Shown here: piece by piece, positions 43,417 to 57,344 of the stretch | Position numbering within the stretch: position 1 is the first letter of the stretch | Layout: every line of letters starts with the position of its first letter | Notes under the pieces: generated by a model | What the model was told of the DNA's origin: nothing | Databases searched by the model: none | The model's input: only the letters and a program-made list of their open reading frames with translations | Program-made: the position numbers and the translations under genes | DNA from: Octopus sinensis | Lineage: Eukaryota | Assembly: GCF_006345805.1 (NCBI RefSeq) | Contig: NC_043018.1 | Coordinates: 1,674,001-1,738,000, forward strand | Length of the DNA stretch: 64,000 nucleotides | Direction of reading: 5' to 3'

Positions 43417-43730
43417 CGTGGAGGCACATGGCCTAGTGGTTAGGGCAGCGGATTTACGGTCGAGGGATCGCGGGTTCGAATCTCAGACCGGGTGATGTAT
43501 GTGTTTATGAGCGAAACACCTAAGCTCCACGCGGCTCCGGCAGAAGGTAATGACAAACATCTGCTGACTCTTTTGCCACAACTTTCTCTCACTCTTTCCT
43601 CCTGCATCTTGCAACTCGCCAGCGACGGACCGACGTCCCGTCCATGTGGGGGACCTATACGCCAAGGAAACCGGGAAACCGGCCCTTATGAGCCACGCAT
43701 GGCTCGAGAAGGAACAAACAAACAACAACA
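43417..43730 (+). mobile_element. Full-length SINE family C (tail type 2) with 12-bp TSD
   Basis: A box TGGCCTAGTGG, B box GGGTTCGAATC, (AAC)n tail; AGTTTCTTCTCT at 43405-43416 and 43731-43742. Confidence 0.9.
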
Positions 43731-44980
43731 AGTTTCTTCTCTTATGTGAACCACCAAATATGTTCAAACAGATGTCAAAGAAAAATCTAATAAATATATT
43801 AATAAATAAAGAAATAGATTAATAAATAGAGAAGGAATGGTTGTTGGGATCATAAAATAAAAGACTGAATTAAAGATCAAGCGACGCCAGGACCGTTGAG
43901 ATTCGAGATTCGAGAAAAAGGGAATAGTCATCATAATAGGTTCGTTTCATGTTGCAATCATTAAGGGCGCAGCAGGAAGGATATAGAGGAAAAGGAGGGG
44001 CAAGCATTTTCTCGGGTGATATTTCTGTGCTTTTCACCACCATCACCATCACCAGCACTATTATCATCATCATCGTCATCATCATCATCACCAATATCGC
44101 TGTTGTTATTATTTTCGTTGTTATCATATATATATAGTTTATGCTTTAAAATAATGGGGTGGAAGGATCGATATCTAAAGCTAATGGATAAGAATACCAA
44201 TGTGTACATTAGTATTATAGGATTTATTGGGGTGGTTCTATATCAGAGCGAGGTGGGTAAGGAGGTATTGTGTATCTATATCATACACAAACTGGTGTTA
44301 GAACAAATTTGATCATATATAAGTGTGTGTGTGTTTGTGTATGTAAATAGTAGAGAAGTGAATATACATTTATATATATATATATATATATATATTGTTA
44401 TATCCACCCCATTACAATCCATTCTCATTTTCTCTTACCCTATCTAGTATTTACTGAAAACGGAGAGCAATCTTATTGCTAGTATGAGAGCTCAAAGCAT
44501 GAATCAGTATTTTATCGGCCGACGACAGAAATGAATCTGAAACATATTGAAGGAAATATAATGAGTATATGTTTAGAAGCTAAATTTTTGGTCCAAGATC
44601 AGATACACGTTTATGTTTTCCACATGGCATAAATCAAATTGAGAGAGATGATAGATGAATCCAGAATTGAGGCAATAGGTTTTCGGTTGCATCTGAAGCA
44701 GTTCCTTACATATATCGTAAATCTGAAAATCCATAAGGGAGATAATTCAAATGATGTATCTACGTGTGGCAGTATACGTTAAATGCTTACTTCAGTGTGA
44801 ATGAAGTCAACTAGTGGCCTTTAACGTGATGATGGATAAAAGTTGTAATAATAGGGTTTCCTTGTTTGTCTGACCGGTGTTTGGAGGGATTTACGGGCAA
44901 CCACATTTTTACCGGCAACTGTCTGTGACTGTCTCTGTGTGTGTATATGCCATATGTATGAATACGCAGATATATGTATA

Positions 44981-45047
<67 letters not shown>

Positions 45048-45049
45048 TA

Positions 45050-45270
45050 TATTAAATTAGAGATAAAACACTATTAGGCAAATCATACAATGAAAAACTT
45101 AATCCAATACATAAGATTAATAAATTTATATTATTTTAAATATATATCAAAATTATTAAAAAAAGATAATTAGTATAACACTACGATCGTTTCATGGCTG
45201 TCGAATTCTAAAAATTTCGAGTTACAGTCATTCTTCAGGTGATTTAAATATTTAACTTAGCGAGGTTTAA
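45050..45270 (-). mobile_element. Penelope-like short element containing a hammerhead ribozyme
   Basis: AT-rich block between (TA)n and (GATA)n; related to 29551-29632; carries the ribozyme below. Confidence 0.6.
45179..45241 (-). ncRNA. Type I hammerhead ribozyme, canonical core
   Basis: CAC CUGAAGA [AUGACUGU..ACAGCCAU stem II] GAA AC GAUC GUA/GUG; stem I CAC/GUG; predicted cleavage between 45182 and 45181. Confidence 0.8.
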
Positions 45271-45275
45271 TCAAT

Positions 45276-45358
<83 letters not shown>

Positions 45359-45680
45359 TAGAGAGATAGATATTAACATACGTTTTGTGTGAAAAGTTGT
45401 ATAGAAAACAGTTGCATATTAAAATGAAAGATAACCCAGGTTGCATTTTAGTGCCATATTTATTAATATTTACGCAAAATTATGTTCAGTTTCAAACTGA
45501 ATTTTCTAATTCTCTGTAAACCTTTACAATGTAAAATCTAGTAATATCTAAATAGATAGAGGGAAAACTATGCAAATATATGCAAATATTATATATAAAT
45601 ATATATATATTTATATATATATATTATACGCTCACAAAGAAACACACTTACATATATACATATATATAATATATAATATC

Positions 45681-45718
<38 letters not shown>

Positions 45719-45908
45719 GCTCTATAGACGTATGCAAATATATACGTGTGCATGTGTGTTTCCCACGTTTCGAGCGTGAGGCAAGTAGTTCCGTTTGGAG
45801 ATGGATCAGTCCATGAGTCAGTTGGTCCGTTAATTATTAAACACAGCTCATCCTGCTGGGATTTCAAATGTAAACCATTAACCAGCTCAGTTTTTACAGC
45901 CAATGCTA

Positions 45909-45963
<55 letters not shown>

Positions 45964-45973
45964 GGGGGGATAT

Positions 45974-46031
<58 letters not shown>

Positions 46032-46175
46032 GGATAGAGATGTATGTATATACACAAAGACATACGTGCACTTGTATATAATTATATACAGAATATATGA
46101 GAAGAGTAAATATTTAAGCATACATGTGTGTGCGTATGTGTCTGTGTGTGTTTATTCTGCATATAGCTATGTAGG

Positions 46176-46206
<31 letters not shown>

Positions 46207-46320
46207 ATATATACGTATATGTATGTGTATTCTGCATATAGCTATGTAGGTAGATATATAGATAGATACATAGATAGATATAATGCCTAATAACGTATGT
46301 GTGTCTCACTTTATCTATCG

Positions 46321-46359
<39 letters not shown>

Positions 46360-46454
46360 CATATATATATGTACACACACACATATATATATATCATACA
46401 TGCATACATATATATACATATATACATATATATATATGTGTATATATATATGTA

Positions 46455-46504
<50 letters not shown>

Positions 46505-46604
46505 TATACGCGTCTACTTAATTCTCTAAACAGCAATATACTTACATACATGGATATACGTTGATCTGTATTTCGTACCCTTATTGCTATTCATAGTCTC
46601 TCAA

Positions 46605-46635
<31 letters not shown>

Positions 46636-46836
46636 TACTTTCTCTCTTGTTCGCTTGTTCGCCTGAACGCTCTCTTTTTCTTTTATTTTCACTCTATTCA
46701 ACGTGACTTCTCCCATGCGCCTTTATATTATGCATATTTAATCTCGTTTCTTACGTAATACACGCAAATTTGTAAATACGGGTGTACCTATATCCACACG
46801 TATGTGTATAGGCATATATAAATATATACATGTGTA

Positions 46837-46877
<41 letters not shown>

Positions 46878-47091
46878 GTGTGTGTGTGTGTGTGATAGAA
46901 GGCATAGATTATTGATATTTCAATTGCTGTCGTCTGCAAACCACGAACGGGAAACACACATCAGAAATGACTCATACACACGCAATATAAAGATACGGGC
47001 GTGCACACGTACATACACACACATGGACATGCGCAAACGAGTACACACACACACACAGACACACAGACACACATACGTATACATATATCTA

Positions 47092-47349
47092 CCCGACGGG
47101 CTTCCTTTAGTTTCCTTCTAGCACATCCATTCACAAGGCTTTGGTCGTTTTCGAAGGTATTATAAAAGGCACACATATATGGTGGACGGTTTTTCCGTTT
47201 CCGTCTAACAAATCAAGTCCTAAGTCTTCGGTCGGCCCGGGGAGGGGGGAGCTAGAATAGAAGACTTTGTTAAACTCATGTACCGTGCAGTGAGACCGAA
47301 CCCAGAACCGTGTGCGCTGGAAGCCAACTTCTTAACACACAGCCACGCC
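47092..47349 (-). mobile_element. Two stacked degenerate SINE A fragments
   Basis: GACGGGCTTCCTTTAGTTTCC and TTTCCGTTTCCGTCTAACAAATC, ending CTTCTTAACACACAGCCACGCC. Confidence 0.65.
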
Positions 47350-47421
47350 ATACATACGCCATACATTTATAAGCACATATATTTATGAATAAATGTATGC
47401 ATATATATATATGTGTGTGTA

Positions 47422-47487
<66 letters not shown>

Positions 47488-47929
47488 CCCATACATACTC
47501 CTGTACATGAATATACGCATCCTCGTATGTACGAGTATATACAGAAACATGTGTATTTGCGTGTGAGTGTGTGTGTATGCATATATATATATCTATTTAT
47601 ATCTGTCTAAATATCCATCTATATATATATGTTTCTGTGTGTGTGCATGTATGTATGTATGCATGTTTTTGTATGTGTATACGTATAACTATGTGTTTAA
47701 GTCTGTATGTAAACTTTATGCCTATGCATATCCATAATGATAGCTACTAAAACGCTAAAACACATGAAAACAGACAAAATAGAAGTGGAGAGCAAGAGAA
47801 GAAGGAGAGCAAGAGAGATACGATGGAGTAGAATGAGAGAGAGCGAGAAAGAGAGAGGGGGGAGAGGATACTCAACGTTCTGATGAGAAGGAGCCGAAGT
47901 TGGCAAAATGTCAGTTCATACCTACTCCA

Positions 47930-47965
47930 CCAAAATCACCACCAACACCACCACCACTACTACTA

Positions 47966-47999
<34 letters not shown>

Positions 48000-48041
48000 G
48001 CTGCTTCTGCAGCTGCTGCTGCTGCTACAACAACAACAACA

Positions 48042-48077
<36 letters not shown>

Positions 48078-48107
48078 GCTGCTTCTGCAGCTGCTGCTGC
48101 TGCTACA

Positions 48108-48169
<62 letters not shown>

Positions 48170-48613
48170 CACTACTACTAGGAGGAATGTGGAATCTAGA
48201 ATCGATAATGTTCTCACTCTGTTGATGGACGTGAAATGATATTTTACGTTCGATGTGGATAGCAGTTGGCACTTAACAGATTTTTATCGCATTAGAAGTT
48301 CTGCTTGGTTGCATCTTCTCTGTCTGCTCTCTTACCGATATGTATTGGTGCTCTTCTTGTTCTTGTTCCACCTTCTTCTTCATTCTTCCTCTTCTTCATC
48401 GTCTTCAACAACTTCTTGACGCTGGCGATTAAGACGATCGTGATGATCATGATGAACATGATGATGATGATGATGATGATAATGATGATGATGTTGGCGA
48501 TGAGGATGGCGATGAGGATGATGATGATGATGATGATGGTCAGGATGGAGATCATCATCACTATGATGATGGAGGTGATGATGATGACGATGACGATGAT
48601 GATTGTGATGAAC

Positions 48614-48644
<31 letters not shown>

Positions 48645-48860
48645 CTGTGATGATGATGATGATGACGATGATTGATAATGATAAAGATGATGATGACAAC
48701 GACGACGATGACGATGATGATGATGATGATGGTGATGATGATAATGATGATGATGATGATGTTGATGATGATGATGATATTTTGGTTGTTGATATTTGGA
48801 GTGGCAGCGCTTGTTGTTGTTGCTGCTGTTGAAGTTTTTTGGTGTAGGTTTTCACGTGCT
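47930..48860. repeat. Compound trinucleotide repeats (CTA/CTG, then GAT) with a ~76-bp local duplication
   Basis: CTACTACTTCTGCTGCTTCTGCAGCTGCTGCTGCTGCTACAAC occurs twice (47988, 48064); (GAT)n 48430-48780. Confidence 0.9.
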
Positions 48861-49580
48861 AACTTCCAGTTGATGTTATAGATTTCGACGTTGCTCTGGT
48901 TATGTTGTTGGTCTTATTCTTGGTTTTTGCATTTGTCTAAGTTTTTGATGATACGATATTCTTTTTTCATATTTCATTGTTATTTAAGCTGTTCTTATTG
49001 TCGTTCTTGTCGTTGTTTTGGTTTTTGTAGTAGTTGTTGTTGTTGATGTTCTTCTTCATTATCATCACCACCACCATCATCATCATTGTTATCATCTTCT
49101 TGGTGCTGGTGATGATGTTGATAACATCCAAATTTCATTTCTTGTTTTTTTTCTTTCTTTTTTTCGAGAATTTCTTGACTTTTTACATTATAACCGCCAT
49201 CTTGAATATGTTCTTACAATAACATTTCTTTCTATTTTTACCTTCATTTTGCTATTCATTGAGTTTATTCCATATTTGGTTTTGTCTCGTATTGATGTTG
49301 CTGTCATAATTGTTTGTGCCGTCTGAAATATCGAGGTTGCATAACCGTTAGCGCGTCGTACAAAATGTCGAGCGGCATTGCTTCCTGCTCTCACGTTAAT
49401 AGATCAAATCCCGCCAAGGTCAAATTTACCATTCATCCTCTCAGTGCAGAGTCGATAAAATATTTCTAGCCATTCGAGTTGTACGCATAAATCTTTTGTC
49501 ATCATTGCTGATGTTTAGCGCATGACCATCCCTGATTAACTGAGACTAAGATCAAAGCTATGCCAGTCGCGTGACTATGT

Positions 49581-49800
49581 GGAGTCGTGTGGCTTAGTGG
49601 TTAGGATGTTGGACTCAAGATCGTAAGATTGTAGTTTCGATTCACGGACTGGGTGACGCGTTGTGTTTTTGAGCAAAACCCTTCATTTCACGTCGCTCCA
49701 GTTTCACTCAGCTGACAAAAATGAGTAATCCTACAACGGACCGGCGTCCCATCCCGAAGGGGAATCTATACGCCATGGAAACTGGGAATCCAGCCATTAT
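49581..49800 (+). mobile_element. tRNA-headed SINE, C-related (tail type 2-like), diverged
   Basis: TGGCTTAGTGGTTAGG, GTTTCGATTC, TTGAGCAAAAC..CACTCAGCTGACAAAAATGAGTA, ACGGACCGGCGTCCC..GGAAACTGGGAA. Confidence 0.75.
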
Positions 49801-49971
49801 AATCAGCCTGAATCGAGGAGTTAACTTTTTATCTTTGAGTCCTAACTATTCCATTGATTTCCGATATTCTAGAAACCCAAGGTCACGTGAACAAATGTAA
49901 GGGGTTTTTTTCTATGGTTGGGCGTTTACGATTTGGAAGTGATATAGTTGCTATCTTTGTCAGGTTTTAAT

Positions 49972-50125
49972 GGGGTTGGCAGAATCGTTAGAGCATCGGG
50001 CAGCAATGTTTTTCATATTTCCTCCGGCTCTCTACGATCCGATTTCAGATCCTACCATCCACAAGTTTGCCTTTCTTTCTTTCGGAGTCTATGAAATAAA
50101 AGACCAATCAATCATTGAGATCGAT
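49972..50125 (+). mobile_element. Degenerate SINE family B (another at ~49335-49465)
   Basis: TGGCAGAATCGTTAGAGCATCGGG..TTTGCCTTTCTTTCTTTCGGAGTC. Confidence 0.5.
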
Positions 50126-50854
50126 ATTTCTAGTTGGATTGAAGATTGATTAGTCTGTTGGATGAATGAATAACTGATTGGAAGGTTGGTTGATTGATTG
50201 TTCAGTTAATCGTTTGCTTGTCTGATTACTTGGTTAGTTAGGTGATTAGCTGATTGGATAGTATTGGTTGGTTGCTTGCTTAGTTGATTTTTTTCGTTCT
50301 TTCCTTCGTTCCTTGCACGGCTGGAATTTCAAAGCGCCGCACTATATTCCGTCGTTGAATATAAAAACGTGACAAATCACTTTAAGTTCTTCACATTTTA
50401 ATTGTTCCCTCTCTGGACTGCCAAAAATTTCCACCAATTACAACATTGATATTTTCAAAAAATAGAAACAATATTTATATTCGATTTTATCGACCACAGT
50501 ACATGACTGGTAATTGTATCTATACTGAAAAAGAAAATCAAAGGGCAAAACGGACTTCAGGATTTTGGGACTCAGAAAGTTAAGGCTAGTAATTAACCAC
50601 AGCATGGTCATTTACTGTTTTCTTCTACTTGTTTTAGCCCATCATATTTTTCCCGTAATGTTTTAGTTTGGAATCTAGATCTTCAACATCGGTTTTTGAA
50701 GCAGCTAGATTGCCAGAGATGAATATACACCACATGGAGGCAGGTCAGTAAAATGAACTTTACAGAGGCTTATGGAATCTCTACCTGACCTTTTTTCTTT
50801 ATGTCACTGCTTGTTTTCAATATATGCAAATATTTCCTATGAGTCAACGAAATA

Positions 50855-51253
50855 TCTTTATATATAAAAGTCAAGTTGTGTGTCTGTCTCCTACGATTTA
50901 GATTCCTAACTACTCCCACATTTTGCGATGCAGTTTAACCAAAACCGGGTATCTTATAGTCGTGATTCATATCGAGCCCTTCTGGGTATTAGCGCGCGTC
51001 TACGATGAGTCTACGATTTAAAAAGAAAATTACCATCATTTTTTTCCATTTTTATGCATTTTTTCGCTATTTTATAAGGGAGGTAACTCTCTAAAAATGT
51101 CTACGATGAGTCAACGATTAAAAAAAAAAAATTACCATAATTTGTTTTCCATTTTTAATGCATTTTTCTGCTATTTTTTGGCTATAACTCTCTAAAAATG
51201 CTTATATAGTTATTTCCCTTACAAACCCGAGCGACGCCGGGCGATACTGCTAG
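50855..51253 (+). mobile_element. Non-autonomous Helitron
   Basis: 5' A|TC(TTTATATATAAAAG), 3' hairpin CCCG-AGCGACGC-CGGG ~10 nt before CTAG|T, inserted at AT with no TSD. Confidence 0.8.
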
Positions 51254-51463
51254 TAAATATATATTTTGTACCCGGTACAAAATAATCCCTAGTCAATGTA
51301 CAGAGTATAAACAGCAACACCGGTTTTTATACCGGTTTATGCATAAACACAGACGTGGAACTTATTCAAACCTTTGTCGTTTGATAATTTCCTTGGATCG
51401 TTTACGTTTTCTCTCTACTCTATTCATAATCTACATTTCCATCTATCAGTTTCTACCCCCCCT

Positions 51464-51534
<71 letters not shown>

Positions 51535-52143
51535 TTTTCGGTATTTCTCTGTGTGCACATCAAGGCTTCTCGTCCACTGACGATAAAGTACCAGAGTTGC
51601 TGTGACGATGATGTATATTGAGGCAGAAACATGTGTAACAACCATCCTTTTCTTTATTCAAATGTCAGTTTGAGAAAGTTCTGTTTCTTTAGATTATCTC
51701 CTTCTTTTCCTAATTTCCACCAAACTATTGGTTTAGTTTCTCTGGAAGCAGAGATGATTTCGATAAATCAAAAACTTCTCTTGAACGTTATTCAATATAC
51801 AGAGATTTGTCTTTTGTCGTTCAAATACACGCTACGGTTCACTTTAAGTTATTGATCCCTCTCCGCATCAACCTATTATGTATGTACGTACGTACGTATG
51901 TATGTATGTATGTATGTATGTATGTATGTATGTATGTATATATATATATATATATATCTTCCTATCTTTTTACTTATTATCTAAGTATATATATATGTAT
52001 TTATGTAGCTACTTATCTATCCATCTGAATACCTATGTATTTACGTATCTATCGATCCATCCGTTTATCTATCTATATATCTGTCTGCCTGTCTACTTAT
52101 CTATCCAGCTATCCATCTGTCTGTATATCTACATATCCATCCC

Positions 52144-52184
<41 letters not shown>

Positions 52185-52188
52185 ATAT

Positions 52189-52222
<34 letters not shown>

Positions 52223-52286
52223 ATATTTATATCTATCTATCTATCTATGTATCTATCTATGTATCTATCTATATTATCTATCTATA

Positions 52287-52318
<32 letters not shown>

Positions 52319-52477
52319 GATCTATCTATATCTATCTACCCACCAATCTTATCTATCTAGCTAACAATCCGTCTGTCTCTCTTTCTATCGTTCTACTTTT
52401 CTTTGTCCTAAATCTCTTTCATTTCTTCTACTCGTTTTCCTTTTCTTAATTTTGACTTTGTTTCAATCGTTTCCTCC

Positions 52478-52529
<52 letters not shown>

Positions 52530-52804
52530 TCTCTTTCCCCGTCTCTTTCTCTCTGTATTTCTTCCCTTCTCTTTCCTATCCGTTCTATTCCCCCCACCCG
52601 ACCGAACGCACCCCCCTGTATTCTCTATTATCACTTGTGAAATAAATCGTTATATCGAACAGAGGCAGTAACGTCATCAACCCAGTTCCAAATAGCTGTA
52701 AACACTTACAACCCACATATCCACCTTTCCATTGATGAAAGTAAACGGTGAAAAGTAGAGTGACAGCGACGAGGAGAGACACACGCAGGCAGAAAGAGAG
52801 AGAG

Positions 52805-52840
<36 letters not shown>

Positions 52841-53736
52841 TCAGTAAAAGATAGAGAAACGGATAGAGGAAAGAGTAATTACAATAATTATCTCCCCTCA
52901 TCGCACTCTCCATCTTATGTTCTAATAACCACACACAAGGTCATACGAGTGCACCTTTAATAGGCACATGCAAATACAGACACACATACACACATACACA
53001 CACACACACACACACACATGCACCCATATATATTTATCAATTATTTATTTATTTTAAACTTGTCGCTTTTACCTTTAAATCAATGTCTGTATATATATTA
53101 GAAACTTACGTAGAAAACGGTGCTATTTTCCGCTTGTTTTCTGTTGTAATTTTTTTTGGTAGATTTTCTTTTTGTTGGGATTTTTTTTTTCTATAAGCTA
53201 ATAAACCTCCCACCAAAAACAAAAAACAAAAAACAAAAAAAGATAATCTTCTCACTGTTCAGTCTGTTGAAAGAACGCAATGAAAATATCCGTTGAACAA
53301 TTTTTCCATGCTTTTTCGACAATTTTGCAAAACGAACCAAACCAAATAAAAGGTCTAGACTTGAGAGTAAATTTCATAATCGATAACGCGCTTCCATTTT
53401 ATGGCAGGCGCACACACACACATATAGATATATGTATATATACACACACACACATATGTATTAATATATATATATATATATACATATGTATATATACATA
53501 TGTATATATACATATGTATACATATATACATATATACATATGTATACATATATACATATATATACATATGTATATATGTCTATATATATATATACATATG
53601 TATATATGTATATATCTATATATATATATATATATAGATAATATACACATATGTATATATATATATATATATATATATGTATTACACCTATGTATATATG
53701 TATCTATATATATAATGTATCCAAAAAACATATGTA

Positions 53737-53776
<40 letters not shown>

Positions 53777-55408
53777 CACATATGTATAATGTATATATAT
53801 ATACACATATATATGTTTATATACAATTATATATATATGCATATGTATAATATATGTGTGGGCATTATTACATGTGTGTGTGCGTATAAACAGTTATATA
53901 TTGAATACATGTATATGCGTGTAATAAATATATATATGTATAAATGTTTGGTATATATATATATATTATATATAGATATACATACATATAATGCATCCAT
54001 GCATATAACATATATATACATAAAACATATTATATAATATATTATATATATATATATATATATATGACGCTGTTTTCGTTACCATAGTGTTGTCACTAGT
54101 TCTAGCTTGTCGTTTGTATTTTCATTTTATTTTTATTTCTTTATTTCGTCTTTTTTATGTGTTTTTATCTTTAGTCTTTTGAAGCAAGAGTAAATAAAAT
54201 GAGTTTTGTCGTACAAAAAAAGTTTAAATTGTATTTTTCTTTTTTACTATTTGTCTATTATTTCTTTTTGTTTTTGTTAAGTGTTTATGTGAAGTTACAA
54301 TTCAATATTGGGTGTGTGTTTGTTTTTATTTTTTTTTTTTTGTGCATTTTTGTCTTTGTTGTTTGTGTTGTTGTTTTATTTTTCGTGTTTGGCACAGAAA
54401 TCGGCAGACAGCGAAATTGAACCAGGAAAATCATGATTACAAGGAAAGGTGTTCGTTTTTTTTTTGTTTTGTGTGTTTGTTATTGTAGATGTTTGCTTTT
54501 TGTTTTCTTCCTCATGTTACAATAGATACACCTTCAATTGAAATAGCTCTCCCCCACCTCACTCTCTCACACTCACTACTTCTACTCCCCCTACCTTGTC
54601 TGCCTTCCTCTCTCTCTCTGTCTCTCACACACACACACACAGACGTACATACATATATATTCATAACTATACACACAAACATGCATGTTCTTTCTGCATT
54701 CTCCCACACAATCCCATTATTGACTGAATTTCGATTCGGTTCTATTAACCTATCTTGGTAAATAGCTATTTAATTGCGCCATCTATTTATCTATCCATCG
54801 ATACGCGCGCATGCATGTGCGTGCTTGAGCTTGTGGGAGTATTCGTGTGTACGTGACTATGTGTGTATGCATGCATGAGTGTACGTACACTTAGAGAGAC
54901 TCAGGTACGCAACTATTTGTCGCTTTTCTACCGGTATTGCACAGATAGATATATAGATAGATATAGATAGATAGATATAGATAGATAGACAGATAGATAC
55001 ATAGAGAGTGGGAGAGAGACAAAAACATACATATTTATGCAAACACACATAGACGCCCCCACACACACATGCACACACACGTATATTTGACTAATTATCA
55101 TTGAGCTACCTTCTATCTTTTCTTCCTTCTTTCCCTTCCCTGTAAATATATGCGCCTGTTTCTGTGTACGTCCGTATGTCTCTATATTGATGTGTGCGTT
55201 GGAAATGTGTTTGTATGTACTCACCTGACGAGCAAAGGTAGGAAGGGACTTAGACACACTATCTTATCCCCTTGGGTTACGTCCATTTACATTCTGCATT
55301 CAAATGGTACCAGGGGAGGCTGTTCCCTTCACCCTAACGGCGGTCATTGGGTTCTGTGTCAATTTGTGTCAATAGCTGTACTGAGAACATAATAAGCTAA
55401 GAGAATAA

Positions 55409-55992
55409 GGCGGCGAGCTGGCAGAAACGTTAGCACGCCGGACGAAATGCTTAACGGTATTGAGTCAGCCGCTACGTTCTGAGTTCAAATTCCGCCGAGG
55501 TCGACTTTGCATTTCATCCTTTCTGGGTCGATTAAATAAGTACCAGTTACACACTGGGGTCGATATAATCGACTTAATCCGTTTGTCTGTCCTTGTTTGT
55601 CTCCTCTATGTTTAGCCCCTTGTGGGTAGTAAAGAAATAGGTATTTCGTCTGCCGCTACTTTCTGAGTTCAAATTCCGCCGAGGTCGACTTTGGTTTTCA
55701 TCCTTTCTGGGTCGATTAAATAAGTACCAGTTACGCACTGGGGTCGATATAATCGACTTAATCCGGTTGTCCGTCCTTGTTTGTTCCTCTCTGTGTTTAG
55801 GCCCTTGTGGGATGTAAAGAAATAGGTATTTCGCCTGCCGCTACGTTCTGAGTTCAATTTCCGCCGTGGTCGACTTTGCTTTTCATCCTTTCGGGGTCGA
55901 TAAATTAAGTACCAGTTGCGTACTGTAATCGATCTAATTGACTGACCCCTCCCTCAAAATTTCGGGCCTTATGCCTAGAATAGAATAAATAG
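55409..55992 (+). mobile_element. SINE family B tandem trimer (~185-bp period)
   Basis: TTCTGAGTTCAA at 55477, 55661, 55846; one head, three bodies. Confidence 0.92.
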
Positions 55993-56080
55993 GCTATAAG
56001 ACAATTGCTGATGTTGTATTTCTACTTTGGTCTCAGGTGTTTATTTATTGATTTGATAGAGCGAAAGGCAAGGTATTCCA

Positions 56081-56290
56081 GGCACGGGCGTAGTTCTATG
56101 GTAAGAAGGTTGCTTCTCAACCATATGGTTCTGGGTTTTGTTTCACTGCGTGGCACCTCGGGTAAGTGTCTTCTACTATGGCCTCTACCCGAGACTATCA
56201 AAAATGACATTTGCCCAAGTTTCCACGCAGTGGGACTGAACCCGGGACCATGTGGTTGAAAAGCCAGCTTCTTACCACATAGCCACACCA
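56081..56290. mobile_element. Two SINE A heads fused in inverted orientation
   Basis: 56081-56185 plus-strand head; 56195-56289 minus-strand head. Confidence 0.8.
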
Positions 56291-56299
56291 GACAGAGTG

Positions 56300-56465
56300 A
56301 TAGATAGATAAGTTTCTTTATTGGCCACACAGGGCTGCACACAGATGGGACAAGTTACAAGGTAGAGCTTTTCTTTTGGGGAGAAAAGAAGAAAAAAAAG
56401 GTGGCGTAGGTTTTCGATCAACAGGGATCGTAAAAGAGAAAAAAAAGAAGAAAAAAGGGAAAAGA
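56300..56465 (-). mobile_element. Possible LINE 3' UTR end with AATAAA and (TATC)n tail
   Basis: Minus strand GTGCAGCCCTGTGTGGCCAATAAAGAAACTTATCTATCTATC; clade not determinable. Confidence 0.3.
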
Positions 56466-56756
56466 AAAAGAAAGAAAAAAGGGAGATAGATAGATAGATA
56501 GATAGATAGATGCATTTATCCGTCTTCTCGATCCAATTTCTCTTTGTATATCTTTTATACCTTTATATCTATGAATCCAACCACTTATTCTATCTATTTA
56601 TCTACCTATCTATCTACATATTTGCCTGCCTGACTGTCTGTCTTGCTCTATGTCTATCTGCCCGTCCCTCTCCCTTAACTGTCTCTCTAGCTCTTTCTAT
56701 CTGTCTGTCTGTCACCGTCACTGCCTGTATATCTATCTCTTTCCCTCAGGCTCTCG

Positions 56757-56809
<53 letters not shown>

Positions 56810-57344
56810 CATCTATGTATGTATCTCTCTATCTTTGTCTCTTCGACTATCTGGCTGTCAATTTCTCTTTCGTCCACACGTATTCAAACAAACACACACA
56901 TGGGTAGCCGTGTTGGTGACTAACACTGAAGCAACGGACAATATACAAAACCCTTAACACGTGACTTTGAGAATCTGAACCTGGTGTCACATTTAAATGT
57001 GACGCAAATGACCCTTCCTTTTCAACTGTATGCTCATCAACCCTCCTCTACAACTAAACACAGTATAATATTCACTTGCTGCAAAATACTATCGCCTCTA
57101 GCCACAAGCATTTGAGATCTTAAATTGCGAAGACAAAATATGAACTACATTAAAAAATCGATACATGCGAAAAACAAATTCAATAAACATATTGAACATT
57201 CCTATATTCGCATATCGATTGCATTGTTTCCCGATCGATGAGTCGGATCAAATATTGAAACAACCCATTGTTTGTAACCTTCGAAGATTTTCTGATATAT
57301 CATCGTCTTGAGTGTCATGGGTATTTTAAGTTTCATAGAAACTA

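Noticed and set aside
47878-47920. CTGATGAG hammerhead core
   Set aside because: Followed by GAAG rather than GAAA, with no stem I or III pairing
48292-48855. Poly-Q/S/D/M protein exon
   Set aside because: Open frames on both strands arise from (GAT)n/(GTT)n; no flanking complex coding sequence or splice support
55409-55992. Regularly spaced repeats resembling a CRISPR array (also 4441-4768, 5770-6290)
   Set aside because: Whole units repeat with no unique spacers, the units are SINE or microsatellite-derived, the context is eukaryotic and there are no cas genes
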